Source: Octopus vulgaris (Eukaryota). From it: a stretch of DNA of 64,000 nucleotides. The DNA lies in NCBI GenBank assembly GCA_951406725.2, contig OX597818.1:46438001-46502000 (forward strand), given 5' to 3'. This document shows positions 36,190 through 49,725 of this stretch, piece after piece. The stretch's first letter is position 1; each line of letters begins with the position of its first letter. A model generated the notes under the pieces. It was given only the letters and a program-made list of their open reading frames with translations, searched no databases and had not been told where the DNA came from. The position numbers were made by a program, and so were the translations under genes.

Positions 36190-38277
36190 TTCGTAACACA
36201 GTGTGGGTAAAAATGCACTGGAGTCTTTAGTCATCTGTCATGTCACCACAAGTTCCTCAGACATATAATACTTTCTTTAAGATGTGCGCTGTGCCCAATA
36301 GGGCTGCTTTTTGCAAGACGTCAATCTTGCATATGATCTTCAGTTGCCTTAAGAAGTCTTGAAGTTTCAATGGGATTGAGTCCAACGCTCGGATCACCAC
36401 TGGTATCACCTTTACATTACCCTCTCGCATTCATGTCATTTGGTATGGCTACATCAATGATCTGACAATATTTGTCTCTCTTACTCAATATGACAATATC
36501 CGGCCGACTGTGCTCGATTACACGATCCGTCTGAAAATCATAGTCCCAGAGTATAGTTACTTTTCTATCCTCCTGTATAACTTTACTTGGTACATGCTCA
36601 TACCAGTTCCCTGTTACTTCATATTGGTATTTACAGCATAAGAGCCAATGATGATACACACACATTTTATCGTGGAGGCACTTGTATTCTTTTTGTGCAA
36701 GGCTCTCAGATTCACTTACCAAATGGATCACATTTTCCAAACTCTTTTCACAGAGTCTGCATTTATGGTGTCAGAAATTTTATAGATGTTATACTTCACT
36801 GAATTGGTAGCGAGAGCCTGGTCTTGTGCAACAATGAACAGGCTTTCAGTGGTACGCTTCAAATCACCTCGCTTAAGCCATGCCCACGATGCTGTATTAT
36901 CCTTAACGTCCTGTGTAATCCCTCTAAACTGTCCATGCATTCTCATTTCAAGAAGGTCTTCTTTTCTCTCCTCCTCAGCTCTTTGGTTAAACTCACCCTT
37001 GCCCATCATTTCATCTGCATTTACACCCATATCTTTCGCGGCATATTGCAGCAGATCTTCATCACTATTTATCAAATACTCGGTAAGCGTTCTCTTTTCA
37101 TTCCTTATACTAATTAGTCCTCTGCCACCATTCTTTCTTATCATATATAGTCTGATTACGTTTGCTTTACGAGGCATCATATGCCTTCTTAAAGTCAATC
37201 CAAGCCATAGACATCTTTGTATGATGTTTTTTACAATGCCTCAAAACTGTTTTATCGATGACCAGGTGATCCTTGGTACTCTGAGAATTGTTCTTACATC
37301 TTTTTTGTTTCCCTTGTAGTATTTCTTCCTGTGCGAGAAAAGTATATGCCTTTGCCGCACACATTCCAGTGAATATCTTCCAGATTATGTTTAGGCATGC
37401 TATGGAACGGTAGTTTCCCACAATATTCCCCTTTCTTGTATCTTTCATTATAAGTGTTGTCCTCTCAGTCACCATTCACGTAGGGACTGTACCTTTCTGG
37501 ACACACTCATTCAATTGGGCTGCTAGTCTTTCATGCACCGCGTGACGTCTCTTCAGCCAAAAGCCATGAATTCCATCTGGTCCGGGGGCTTTCCAGTTAG
37601 GCACTTTACCCACTTGTTCTTTCACGTCAATATTGCTTATGACAATATTCCTGTTTCTTTCCTCCTTGTAATTCTGTCTTGATAGTTCCTATCCACATTG
37701 CATCCCTTTTATGCACCACATTGTTTCCTCATAATCCGCTCCAGAGCCCCTTGGCTTGATTTGCATCAGAAGCAACATTTTCCCCATTGTCTCCTTCTAA
37801 CGTTCGGAAAAATTTCTTCGGATTATTTTTGAACAATCTGCTCTCCTCAAACTGCTTATTTCTGTTCACAAATCTGCTGATCTTCTGTTTTTTTGCCATG
37901 ATCCTCTGTTTTAACTGATCTATTACGGCATCAAACCCGTCCTTCCGTATTTTATATTTCTTCTCTGATTTTTCTCGGTCGGTCTTTTTCCCATTTTTCC
38001 AGTTTCCTTTTAACCATTGCTAAATTTTTGCTAGATTTCGCCTTGATCGCGTTATATCCCTTTCAATGCGTCGTTTCCACCATGGTTCTTTTTTGCTCCA
38101 CCATTTTTTTTGTTTTCTTAAGTTGTAATTTCTCCTCAGCAAGTAATGTTAGCAGTAGCTCGGAGAAGATTCCTTGTTTGTGTTATGTCCTCGGTCTGGA
38201 TGTATGGTATGACAATATTTATCTTTTGTGTTACTTTATTTATCATACTCCTTTCTACCTTTCTTATATTCATGGGG
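36190..38277 (-). mobile_element. Older R4/Dong LINE with an internal RT deletion
   Basis: NWKAPGPDGIHGFW, NYRSIACLN, AWIDFKKAYD joined to RLY..RKNGGRGL, AQDQAL.TN, RPDIVI..IDVAIP. Confidence 0.88.
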
Positions 38278-38331
<54 letters not shown>

Positions 38332-38344
38332 ATGATGATGATGA

Positions 38345-38417
38345 TGGAGTGGGAATTATAAAATGACAAAAGAGAGAAATGAAGAAAATGGATACCAAGA
38401 CCAGAAAAATGTTGACA

Positions 38418-38475
<58 letters not shown>

Positions 38476-39770
38476 TTTGGCCTGTGAAGTGTATAGATAC
38501 TTGGAAAAATAGTGAACCTACTGAACAGAAAGGGTGCGGAAAGAGGAGCCGGGGAACGAAGGTTCAGCACTTAATTGATAATCTAATTATCAGGAACTGC
38601 AAGAGAAGACCTACAAACCTGAGCATGTCATGAGCTGACAATCGCAAAGCATTAAATACAACCCTCTTAAGTACGAAATAGCCCAGCTATGAAAAATGAA
38701 GGTGAAAGTAGTGCCGATTATTATTGGGTCCTTGGGAACAGTATCAGAAAACATCAAAGGGAATGCAAAGGAAATAGGAATAGAGAGCCCAGTAGAACTA
38801 TGGTACCCTAGGCTGCGGATAGCAAGACCGTTATGCATGCAAGACTCCAGGAGCTTCAACAAAACAACTGGAAAATGAAACTACTGCATGAGCAATACCT
38901 CAGAGGAATCGAAGGAAAAGACGAGATCAACACTTGGAGATGGCTAAGAAAAAGTGATCTGAAAGGATGCACTGAGGCATTGATATGCGGCACCCAGGAA
39001 CAAGCTCTGAGAACTAATTACAAATTACAAAAGTTCCAATTAGATAAAAATAGCGAATCACCCTTTGTAGTATGTGTGGCAGCAGAAACGAAACAATCTC
39101 ACATATTGTGAGTGAGTGTAACAAGCTGGCCCAAGAGCTCTACAAAGGGAGGCACGATAACGCGGCTAAGTTCGTCCACTGGAAGTTATGTGAAAAGTAC
39201 GGCCTGAAGAGAGCTCGGAAATGGTATGAACATGAACCAGAAGGAGTCATCGAGAACAAGGAACAGAAGATTTTACAATCCAATTTGACTCCTTAATCGA
39301 AGCTCGGATACCATATATTTGTGTGGTAGATAAAGGTAAAAAGGAAACCAAGATCACAGATATTGCAACACTTGGAGATGCACGCATAAGTGACAAAGAA
39401 CTAGAAAAGATTGGAAAATACAGACTACTAAAAGACGAAATTGCAAGAATGTGGACTACGAGGAGAGTTTCTGTCATTCCAGTAGTTATTGGGGTACTCG
39501 AAGCACTAACAACCAAGTTCGAGAAATATGTCAGAGAAATCGGAATTGACATGAGGTCAGAGCAAGTGCAAAAAACTGCTCTGCTGGTGTCATCTAGGAT
39601 TTTGAGATTGGTACTTGGATGTTGAATGTCTCTCACGATAATTAACAACCAAGTATCAAAGGTTATAATGTGCGGAAAGAGACTCTGTGAAACTTCTGCC
39701 GGCAGGCTGCTGTCCGCTCTCGAAGAATCTACCAGAACAAACAAGACCAAACTTCTGAGAAGTAAAACGA
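38345..39770 (+). mobile_element. Mosaic of R4/Dong LINE fragments
   Basis: [68 protein letters not shown]...IPVVIG.L; ends in (TAA)n. Confidence 0.82.
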
Positions 39771-39784
39771 TAATAATAATAATC

Positions 39785-39963
39785 GTTTCTACTAAAGGCA
39801 CAAGGCCTGAAATTTTTGGGGAAGGGACTAGTCGGTTACGTCGACCGCAGCATTTCACGGGTACTTAATTTATCGAAAAATAAAATGTAAAGGACGTAAA
39901 GACGGACGAAATGCCGCTAAACATTTTTCCTGGCGTGCTAATGATTCTACCAGCTCGCTACCT
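39785..39963 (-). mobile_element. SINE family A, internally deleted
   Basis: ggcacaaggcctgaaattt...ggcgtgctaatgattctaccagctcgc. Confidence 0.75.
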
Positions 39964-39984
39964 TAACAACAACAACAACAACAA

Positions 39985-40377
39985 TGTTTTTTAATGGCCA
40001 CAATGGCCGAACACAAAACAAAAAGGACAATACAACACAAGGGACAAGTGAAGTTTGGTTCATTGTCGTGTATAGAATAAATAACAATAACAACAATAAA
40101 ATTAAACAATAAAAATTCCCTCAAAGTGAGGAATTCCTCAAAGGGAAGACCACGGGACCCCACACATCCTGGTTACCCCAACCACCAGGTGCACCTCAGC
40201 AGGTGCCTCTCTCCTTCTCAACTTCACTGGTTTATAAGCGATTGCTCACAGTAGGCCTACTCACACATGCCATCCTCGCTATGTTCACCCACCTTTCAAC
40301 AAAAACACTGGGGGCTAGTACTTCCCTCTCCACCCTCACTTTCCTTTTCAAGTGGAACTTGAAAAGTCGATGACGGC
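39985..40377 (-). mobile_element. L1/Tx1-type LINE 3' end
   Basis: LFKFHLKRKVRVEREVL...FVERWVN.ARM-stop, pyrimidine-rich UTR, ATTAAA then (TTG)n. Confidence 0.55.
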
Positions 40378-40529
40378 TGAGCCATAGACGAAAGTATCTG
40401 TCTTCAACCCTTTCAACCTCTTCCACCACACAACCTCCTTCGCCGTTTAATTCTAGATGTGACTTGTCCAGATGATGACAACGTTTGTGACGAAGAATTA
40501 CTGAAGATTGAGAGATATGAACGACTAGC

Positions 40530-40765
40530 ATGGGAGGTAAAACATTCGTGTGCAATGGAAATGGTTGAAGTGGTCCCAGTTGCCGTGGGAGCACTTGGTA
40601 CTGTGTAAATTGAAAACTATTTTTAAGAACTCAGCGACAACATCGTGATGAGGAACTTAAAGAAAACAACACTTCTTGGAAATGCTAGAATACTTAGAAA
40701 AGTGCTTGATAGTGGAAGGTGTCACCACAGTCGTCTGTGTGGATAAGCCAGCGAAGTAACAGACT
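40530..40765 (+). mobile_element. R4/Dong 3' end remnant
   Basis: VEVVPVAVGALG...LKKTTLLGNARILRKVLD. Confidence 0.65.
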
Positions 40766-40774
40766 ATAAACGGT

Positions 40775-41115
40775 CGTGGCTGTTTGGTAAGAAGCTAGCC
40801 TCCCAACCACATGGTTCCTGGTTCAGTCCCGTTGCTTGGCACCTTGGGTGTCTCCTACTATAGACCCGAGCCGACCAAAGCCTTCTGAGTGGATCTTGCA
40901 GATGGAAACTGAAAGAAGCCCGTTGTATGTATGACTGTGTGTGTGCGCGCGCGTGTTTGTCCGTCATCACCGCTTTACAACCGGTAATGGTTTGTTTACG
41001 TCCCCATAAAATAAGTACCAGACTTTTAAAAAAGTTCTAGGGTCGATTTGTTGGATTAAACCCGTCTAAATGATGCCCCAGCATGGTCACCATCCACTGA
41101 TTAAAACAAGTAAAA
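40775..41115 (+). mobile_element. SINE family B
   Basis: gtggctgtttggtaagaagc...cagatggaaactgaaagaagcccg...aaacaagtaaaa. Confidence 0.8.
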
Positions 41116-41145
41116 TATATGATAAACTTTAGACGAATTCAAATC

Positions 41146-41360
41146 GAGCTGGCAAATCGTTAGCGCAATGGGCGAAATGCTTAGCGGCATTTTGTCCGTC
41201 ACTACATTCTGAGTTCAAATTCCGCTGAGGTCGACTTTGCCTTTCATCCTTTCAGGGTTGATAAAATAAGTACCAGTTGAGTACCAGGGAAGGAGAGGTC
41301 GGTGTAATCAAATTACCCTCTCCCCCATAAGTTCAAGCCTTGTGCTTTTAGCAGAAAGAA
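41146..41360 (+). mobile_element. SINE family A
   Basis: gagctggcaaatcgttagc...gagttcaaattccgctgaggtcgactttgcc. Confidence 0.85.
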
Positions 41361-43520
41361 TTAGTTAATAATGATTTCTGGACATTACCGGCTCCCACAC
41401 GAATAAATAGTTAACTTCATTCATGATCGTGTGACTTTAGCAGTCATTCGAGTTTGTAAAATACTATTCATAGAAGTTGGTTCCGGTGATTCATTTTCAA
41501 CACGTTTTGGGTTTTGAAGGTTATCGACTACGCATAATCTTTGTAGGAAGTTTCTCTGCAAATTCTCGTGCACATTGCCTATTTCTGTGAGGCAGCCTAC
41601 AGAGTAGATAAGATATGCATGCAGAAGCTTATCAGCTTCTTTATACAAGACTAATCTACATCGGTATTGTACCACATTTGTAAAAACAGAAAAGAAAACA
41701 TGATTCTGGTTTTACTAACTTAGCGCTGTTTATTTAGATAAACTTTAATATCTACCGAGAATTAGTCAAGGACTATTTAGATATATAAGCATAAATTAAC
41801 GTTATCGTTCATGTAGCATATAAGAAAATACTTTACTGAAAAATTTGCATCAGTTTTCTATTAACAATTAATTCATTAATATTGCTTTTTAACCCTAAGC
41901 CAGACCTGTTAAAGCAGATCTGTGATCAAAGTCTTTCATGTTTGCAGAAGATATGAGTTCGTGTTCCATTGGAAGCTTTCAATTTTTTTTTCCATCCAGG
42001 GTTTTTTTTTAAACCAAATATTCTACAAGATATTATTTGTAGCTTTATCTACTTCCAGTTACAACGTTAAAAACGAATTAAAGACCATCCTATCTTTTGG
42101 GGGATACGTATTAGCCAGCATACGCGCAGTATTGCCGAATGGTTAAGAAATTCTCTTCACAACCATGAGATCCCAGTTTCGATCCCACTACGTGACACCT
42201 TGGACAATTTTCTTTAGCCTCAGATAGTCTCATACCTCGTGGGTGAAAATGGGGTGACAAAAACTGTCTAAAAACCTATTGAAAGGTACAGCCTACTCAA
42301 TACCCTACTTACACCGCGTCATGCTGATTCTCCTTGAGAATTATGTTACACATGTCTGTGGAATATTCAGCCACCGATACGTTAATTCAATGAAGACTTA
42401 ATTCAGATAATCGAACACCTGAATCCTTATCGCCGAACAATTATCCAATGCATCCTTCTTTTCTAAAGACACTAGGGTGTGAGTTTAGGGAGATTTGGTT
42501 GCTATTTCTAACAGAGCCATCTCACATGGGATTCCTCATTGACTCGTTAGCGTTGGATACTTCCGCGAAGTGCTTTGCTAAACCTTAAGCATTCAGGGCT
42601 CAGATGATGGAATAGACTTCTTGGATTGTGGCTGACACAAGTGCAAACTGCTATCGATAGTCTTTTGCAATCCACATCAATCGTATTTAAGATGAACATT
42701 TTTGAAAATAAATTATTCATCAAACACTCAAGTGGAAGAGCCGGTTTAGTCACCAACCACTCGATCTTGTAGTATTGGTTTATATGGGTACGAGTAGAAG
42801 GTGAGGAGGATGTCTTGATACTGTACAGGACTAAAAACAAGTCCTGCCGAAGAACGGATGAGCTCCCTGTGGGCCAACGGTCAACCAGTTAAGGAAGGCA
42901 ATGGCAAGCCACCCTCATATATCTCTGCCACAAAAATACGGTGAGGTAGTCAGAACGAGGACAGGAAGAGCATCTAGTTATAAAGAATCAGCCTCAACAA
43001 ATTGTGTCTGAGCCATGCAAGCATGGAACAGTGGACATTAAATGATGATGATGAAATTCTGCCAATGAATATTCTACTTCAACTAACAGAATTATTATTT
43101 ACATGGTTGAATATTCCTCAGACATATACACCCTAAATTTAATCTCCACCATGACAACACGTTTGGCCCTTTGAATGGCAGTGCAGTGTGATGGGATTCT
43201 ATACAGTTTCTGCATAGAAATAAGGTTTGGGAGAACTCGTGCCTAATCGTGAAAACTTTCATTGTAGTCATCGCCGCCCTGCAAAAAAAAAACAAAAAAA
43301 CTTGCGAAATATGACAACCACGACGACGACGACGACGACGGCGGCGACGACGATTCTTCAAGCTTTAAAGGGAATAAGTTCTTTTATAATCCTATTCATA
43401 TGTAGGTTACGTTGTAAGAACATAACGTTATTCATGTACTAGTTGAATCACGGTAGGATTTGGATTCAGAACGTAAAGGTTCGTAACTAAATAACACTTG
43501 GAATTTTCTTCGACGCACTA

Positions 43521-43893
43521 TTCATTTATTCTTTTACTTGCTTCAGTCATTTGACTGTGGCCATGCTGGAGCACCGCCTTTAGTCGAGCAAATCGACCCC
43601 AGGACCTATTCTTTGTAAGCCTAGTATTTATTCTATCGGTCTCTTTTGCCGAACCGCAAAGTTACGGAGACGTAAACACACCAGCATCGGTTATCAAGCG
43701 ATGGTGGGGGGACAGACACAGACACACAAACATATACACACACACACACACATACATACATACATATATATATACATATATACGACGGGCTTCTTTCAGT
43801 TTCCGTCTACTAAATCCACTCACAAGGCTTTGGTCGGCCCGAGACTATAGTAGAAGACACTTGCCCAAGGTGCCACGCAGTGGGACTGAACCC
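43521..43893 (-). mobile_element. SINE family B, young, 5'-truncated
   Basis: Near-consensus reverse copy; short flanking repeat cgcacta. Confidence 0.88.
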
Positions 43894-46454
43894 ACTAACG
43901 GACTAGCGCACTAATGAATTTAGTAATTCGAACTTTCCTATAATTCAGATGTGAACTTATGACAACGAAGCAAAACATTTATCAAATCGTGTTGATGTCT
44001 TCAGGCAATTTGAACCTTCTTATCTTATTTTTCTCTCTGACACTCATTCAAAATACATTTGCAGCATTCTTTTACTTCTGCTTTACTTTTTATTGTTAGA
44101 ATGAAGAAAGAGCAACGCTATAAAATATAGAGAAAATTAACCAGATTTTCAATTTGGTTATTAGTTATATTTGTGAAGCGGAAAGATAGATTTGGAAAAT
44201 TAAGGTAAAAAGGAAGAACATGGTGTTGTTTACGTCATTGACTTCTAAAAAAAATGGACGGAGAAATGCTTTCACTCGATGTTTCAAAAATATTTTTAAC
44301 CACATTGGTTAAACGAAGCAGATGTGAATAGCTAGAGTTTATGCACTACTACTTTTTATTTTATTATTATCTAGACTTATTATTCCAAGATAAATATTGA
44401 GGTATAATTGATTCGTTCATTTTTTGTTTTTACCTGACACAAACTGATGTTTCAGAGCTACAAGACTTCCAAGCTTGAAAAATTATTATTTACCTTTTTA
44501 CTAAATTTTGCAAAGTAATAACATTCTGGTAAACCATATATTGAGAAGATGCACAACGCGAAACAAAAGGAAACAGTGTTATATATATGTATATATATAT
44601 AAAGCATGTGTGGAGAATACAAAAATAATTAAGAGAAGTTATGAAGACATTTTTTTCTCGCATCTCAAACAATCCGTGTAATATGAAGCTAAATAGTTGT
44701 TTTGATAACTAGTTGAGCTAAACTTAAGAAAACACTTCCTCACCATAATTTGACGATAAATATTGGGATGCGTTGGCAAGAGCTACAGACTAATAGGTAA
44801 GTTCATCGCTTGCATAAACTACGAGGCAGTTTCAATTTTCTGTTGATGCCATTATATTTCATTCACGCTGCTAATATCTTTAGGAAAGATATGATCTTTC
44901 CCTTTTCCACCCCTAACAATAGGGAGCCTTGCACTTCGTCAAAAATAAATAGACAATAATCAAAATAAGAGGGCGGTTATCGACAGTAAATTCTAATCTC
45001 CGATTTCCAATATCTTTTACGTGTTTTCATTTTTGCGGTGCTACATAGTATCAGGCTGTTGTTGAATTAGGAATCTTTATTTCTGAAGTAGCAGGGATGG
45101 TATTCATTAAGCCATTGATTCATGTGTACATGAATCACCGTTGCAATTTGAGGTTTATTATTATATTTACCTTTCAGTAGTGGAAGCCATATTCAACCGA
45201 GATCAGCGCTTATTTCACTGACTGGTTTGTTATCAAATACTTTATCTAAAGCTGTCTTGTTTTCCCACTGTAGTTAGTTCTATACCAGTCATAGAGATAT
45301 CATTCTGTAGTGGTATACATGTTCCCTCTATGTACTACATAAGTCCAGCCATTCCCGAATTAGATGTTGGCCCTCATTAAATATTTTCGATGTTTCTTTT
45401 AAGGATTCCCAATTTCTCCCTTATGAAATCTTACACATATAAAAGAGTTGTTATAGATGCAATTTTTATGTTTTATCTATTCTTGATCAACTATCTTGAG
45501 CTCACTGGGATGAGCTGAATACGGCTCCCGTTACTGAAAAACCTAAAATTCACAGCATAAATTGTACATGGATCAGAGGCTTAGTGTATCAAAAATAAAT
45601 CTCATAATCCAGTTTGGTACTATGCACACATCCAGTAACAAAACATCCGAGGATGATCCATACATAACGTAGTTGTACATTCTGAAATCGTCCGAAACGC
45701 TGCAACCTGATTTAGCTTAATTGCTTGGCTGTTTTCGTTTCATCTTTATGTAATTTTCGAGATTTATGTCCTTGAAAAATGCTGGGTAAGTTATACAGGA
45801 TGAATTGAATATATATGAATAGGAATTCTCATGCTAAAAGTTTAGCATAAAGAAATCATGTAATTAACAATCGCAGTATCGTGACTCTGATCTTTAGTTT
45901 TTGCCGTGTCGATGAACACTTGTGAGTTGTAGCATTTCTTTGCGTGAAAACCGAATCGTAACTTCATAGAAATCTAGCTTTGAAGTCGATACTGTTGCAG
46001 TCTTCTTAAAAAGGCTTCAACGAAAATAGAAGCTACCATGACTCATACGAATTATTAACTACAGTATATGTAAAGTCCTTTGCTCTGGAGCAATATATTG
46101 GATTTTAGCTTCGCAATTTTGTAATTTTCATCGATATATTCAGCAATGTATTCGTATGATTAATACGTTAGAATACATTGAAATTCTGCGTTACTGAGAA
46201 GAGAGATTTAAAAATTGTTGATTAGTTTCCACGTGTTGGTTATCATATTGTCTAACGTTGTTAAGTGATCAGATTTTGTTCAATGTGGCAGTTGCAATAA
46301 GAAATGGAGAAGGGAAAACGGCAGTCTCAGTCTTCATGAAATGAGACTTCAATGTTTATAAGAAAAAAAGGTTAGTGTTTGGTGTGCAGTTGATAAAAAT
46401 ATGTATGTATGTATATGTACGTACACACACACACACACATATATATATTAATGT

Positions 46455-46570
46455 ATGCGTTTTACTCCACATATATTACCTGCGCTACCAATAGTTTCAC
46501 GTACATGACAAGTGTGTTCATCAGCGTGAAACTATAAGTAGCGCGTGTAATGCATGTGGAGTGAAGCACA
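46455..46570 (-). mobile_element. Penelope-like inverted repeat enclosing a truncated hammerhead core
   Basis: About 50-nt imperfect arms; minus strand CUGAUGA (46524-18)...GAAA (46498-95)-cuauug-GUA. Confidence 0.5.
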
Positions 46571-48224
46571 TCCATTAATATTGGACTCTCATTAGATGGA
46601 GTGCTCTTCTTGTTGACCATTTTACGCAAATCAATTTACTGTGTGTGTGTTACTAGTTGTGATTGCTTGAATAGTCTTCAATCAGTTGTCAAGCAATATT
46701 CATACCAAATGGATTACATTAATTTCTCCCCTTGTTTTCAATTTGATTACATTCTATAAATATCGCCATACTATATTTGTGGGAGGTTTTGAGCTCTGAA
46801 CCGCAAGTAAACGCAAAACACGTCATTAGTATCTCTATAACGATGAACATTATCTTCCACTATCTCTATTTATAACTATGTTGAGTCAGACAAAACGTAT
46901 ATTTGTCAGGAAGAGAATAAAATGTAGGTAACTGGATATAGTCCGTGGAAGCTTCTGTGCGAAAGGTTTGGATGAATTTCTATCCACTCAAACTGTTGCG
47001 ATTCTCAACAACAAAAAGGAATTAAGAAAAAAGTTGTTTTAAACTTAGGCTTTACTTTTCTCTATTTTCTCTGCTTTCCACATGAGATTTCTTAACACAA
47101 GATTACAGACTAAAATATAATTGAGTACTATTTTATTTCATTTTCAACTTAAGATTTTTCTTTTTTTTTTTTAACTATTTCGTTTTAATCAAGATTTTGT
47201 TCTTTAAAAAATGCTCGACTAATCTTTTTTCTTTTTTACTTAATTGCTGAGTCTGGCGGAGGGGTCATTGACTATGATGATTGCAGCTGGTTTGAGGGCA
47301 GTTGGTTTCATGTCATTAATGCTCTGTTTAAATCTATCATGGGCAAACTGCGGTTCGCAGAACTTTCTGAATGTCACACGTAAGGGAAAATTACCTTGAA
47401 TTTTCTTTTTTGGTTGTGCTGCTCGCCTGATGATGAGCCATGTCTCATGCAGCCTGCTTATCGAAAAAGATTACCCATGCCTGGTTTAAACTGTTGCATG
47501 TGAACATCTGCAGAAATGACATGTTCTGAGGAAAAGACTCCAGAGGACCTATTTTCTCAGCAAGACGGTCTTGGTATGTAGTTAGTGAAGAGCCAAGGGG
47601 TTTGAATGCATCTAGAGTCACAAGAAGTGGTAGAAAAGAGTAGGTCGAGGATGCTTGAGTTGTGGAGGTACGAGAGCATTCACCCTCGAGAAACAGTGGC
47701 CATTATTGTAACAAGAGAAAAGAGAGGGAGGGAGAAGGGACAGCATGTTCGTGTGCCACATGTTGGGACGTATCCAAAGTGATTGAATACCAATTAGTCG
47801 AGTGACCTATCTCTAGCTACAGTCCAGGAAGTCTGCGTGTTTGTAACAACAGCACCGTCCTAGATGTGAAGTCAACACTCCATTGAAACCTGTAATACGT
47901 CAGCAGCTGTAAAAAGTTGAAATATTTTTGGTCCTGAAGAACAAGTACCAGCTTTGGGATGCAGACTTTAGTTATGCTAAGGATATGCTTTGCCATTTGG
48001 TCATCAAATATTAAAGTCGTTTCGAAAATCGTCTTGAAATGAGTATAATTTCTTATACTAGGAAAGGGAAATGGATTACGGGGCTTAGAATACGTGAGTA
48101 CATCACTACCAAAGAATGGCGGGGAGTAGGGAGAGATTTTGTTAAAAATCTTACCTGACATCTCAAATATATATATAAAAATAAACACCTGTCGAATCAA
48201 CAGAGAAAACTCTACGCAACCACT

Positions 48225-48390
48225 GAGACTGCTAGAAATAAACCCAAATCTCCCTCTTGTCACACCCAGCTGTTTTAGAAACGAAGGGCGTATTGTATAA
48301 TATACTTCTAGACGCACTGTACATAAAAGGCAGACGGCATTGACATAGGTCTGCTCGATCAGAGCTGACCTGGGGCTAAACAACAACAAC
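48225..48390 (+). mobile_element. SINE family E 3' part with (AAC)n tail
   Basis: ctgctagaaata...cataggtctgctcgatcagagctgacctggggctaaacaacaac; related pieces near 41890, 42470, 50815, 59150. Confidence 0.7.
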
Positions 48391-49692
48391 ATGCACCTAT
48401 TTTTGATAGCTGTACTGATATGGTTACATCAAAGGCTAAGCTTATGGTATATTGCCAAACGTAAGTTATAAATTAAGAGATAAGGTTTCTATTCTCCTTC
48501 TGCACTCATTCCTACAGCAGAGTTTCTATATTTCACACTGAGTGAATAAAGCAACATTTTCTCTTTAGATTGCCAATTACTGATAGGAATTCGGGATTCA
48601 CTAAAGAGAAATAAAAAATAAAAATAAACGGATAGTCAAAGATAGTAATTCTATTCATACGTTACAAAATTGTTTCTTATTAAATGACTTGTTTCCTCAG
48701 GAAGTAAAGCCACTTAAACAAGGGGTGCCATTTTGGAATGTATTCACTTTATGTCTAATATTTATAGTGACATTTATTGAAATATACCTTCTATGTTAGG
48801 GGCTAATATACGCAACATACGCACAGTCGCTATTTATACACGCTGGCAGCGGTTTGTGGAGAAGGGTCCACGGTTTCGGACGAACGCTTTCTGTTCGGGC
48901 TACCTATGTATATATAATATACATTTACATAAACATACAAACTAGACGGATAATGGAGGACCCATTTTAGTAACCGAGATCTTACTTGCTTAAAATCTTA
49001 GCTACGTGCATCATACAAGCATGAATGATTACATGAAGTGTATCACTAGTCTTTATTTATTTATTTATTTATTTATTTATTACTGGCATAGATGAGAAGG
49101 GATGAAGCCTATTTCTTTTCTCAAGGCTTCCAATATAGGTGGTGAAAGGGAGAGAGTTAGCCTCAGATCGGAAAGCTGGTTGGAATGTTTGGCAACAGAA
49201 CTCTCGGCGCCTTATAAAAAATGCTTTCAGTATAATAGTAGCTTAGTGAGCTAAACATAAGAATACCCCACTGAGCCGCCTAAATTGTGATCAACTCTGA
49301 AATATAATCAGTGAAAATGTCTAACTGTGGAATAAGACTTTATTATGTACGTCTTATATAGAGGTGATTTAAATTACATTAATAAACGAATTTGTCTATC
49401 TTTGCTTCGGAATCGATATGCACCAGTTACATCCAATAATTAATAAATCGATCATATTTATGTTTTTCTGTTGAGAAATTAATCGAAAGAGTGCCAAAAG
49501 CTAACTCAGTAAATCTTCCCTCAAAAAGGAGAGATTTTACTTTTCTTAACAACATTGAATATAATACATTCGCTTAAAGACATATTCAACAGGTTTGAGT
49601 TCACACGGAGACGAGAAAACCTTCCTCTGCAGAGATAATCCCGGGATAGAATTATCCCCCTAGATATGTGTAAAAACACACAATAAGCTGTG

Positions 49693-49725
49693 AATGACGT
49701 CATTGGATAGTAAGACGCGCGCGTT
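49693..49725. promoter_or_regulatory. Perfect CRE palindrome overlapping a CCAAT box, next to a CpG run
   Basis: AATGACGTCATTGG...GACGCGCGCG; motif only, function unproven. Confidence 0.3.

Noticed and set aside
35617-36234. ORF with a poly-Ile stretch resembling a TM segment
   Set aside because: Poly-Ile is the (TAA)n run read into a truncated R4/Dong ORF.
41421-41675. 84-aa minus-strand ORF after a polypyrimidine tract
   Set aside because: The tract ends in CAA rather than AG; it more resembles a decayed mariner N-terminal fragment.
45645-45705. Hammerhead candidate (ggatgat...atcgtcc-GAAAC)
   Set aside because: A stem-II/GAAA look-alike is present, but there is no CUGANGA-compatible core or stem I.
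46479-46520. Minus-strand exon MNTLVMYVKLLVAQ|gt as a signal peptide for the unknown gene
   Set aside because: Phase 0 is incompatible with the 34562 acceptor frame, and it lies inside an inverted-repeat remnant.
47817-48392. 191-aa minus-strand ORF
   Set aside because: Starts inside SINE E and runs into probable decayed LINE sequence; no recognisable domain or splice support.
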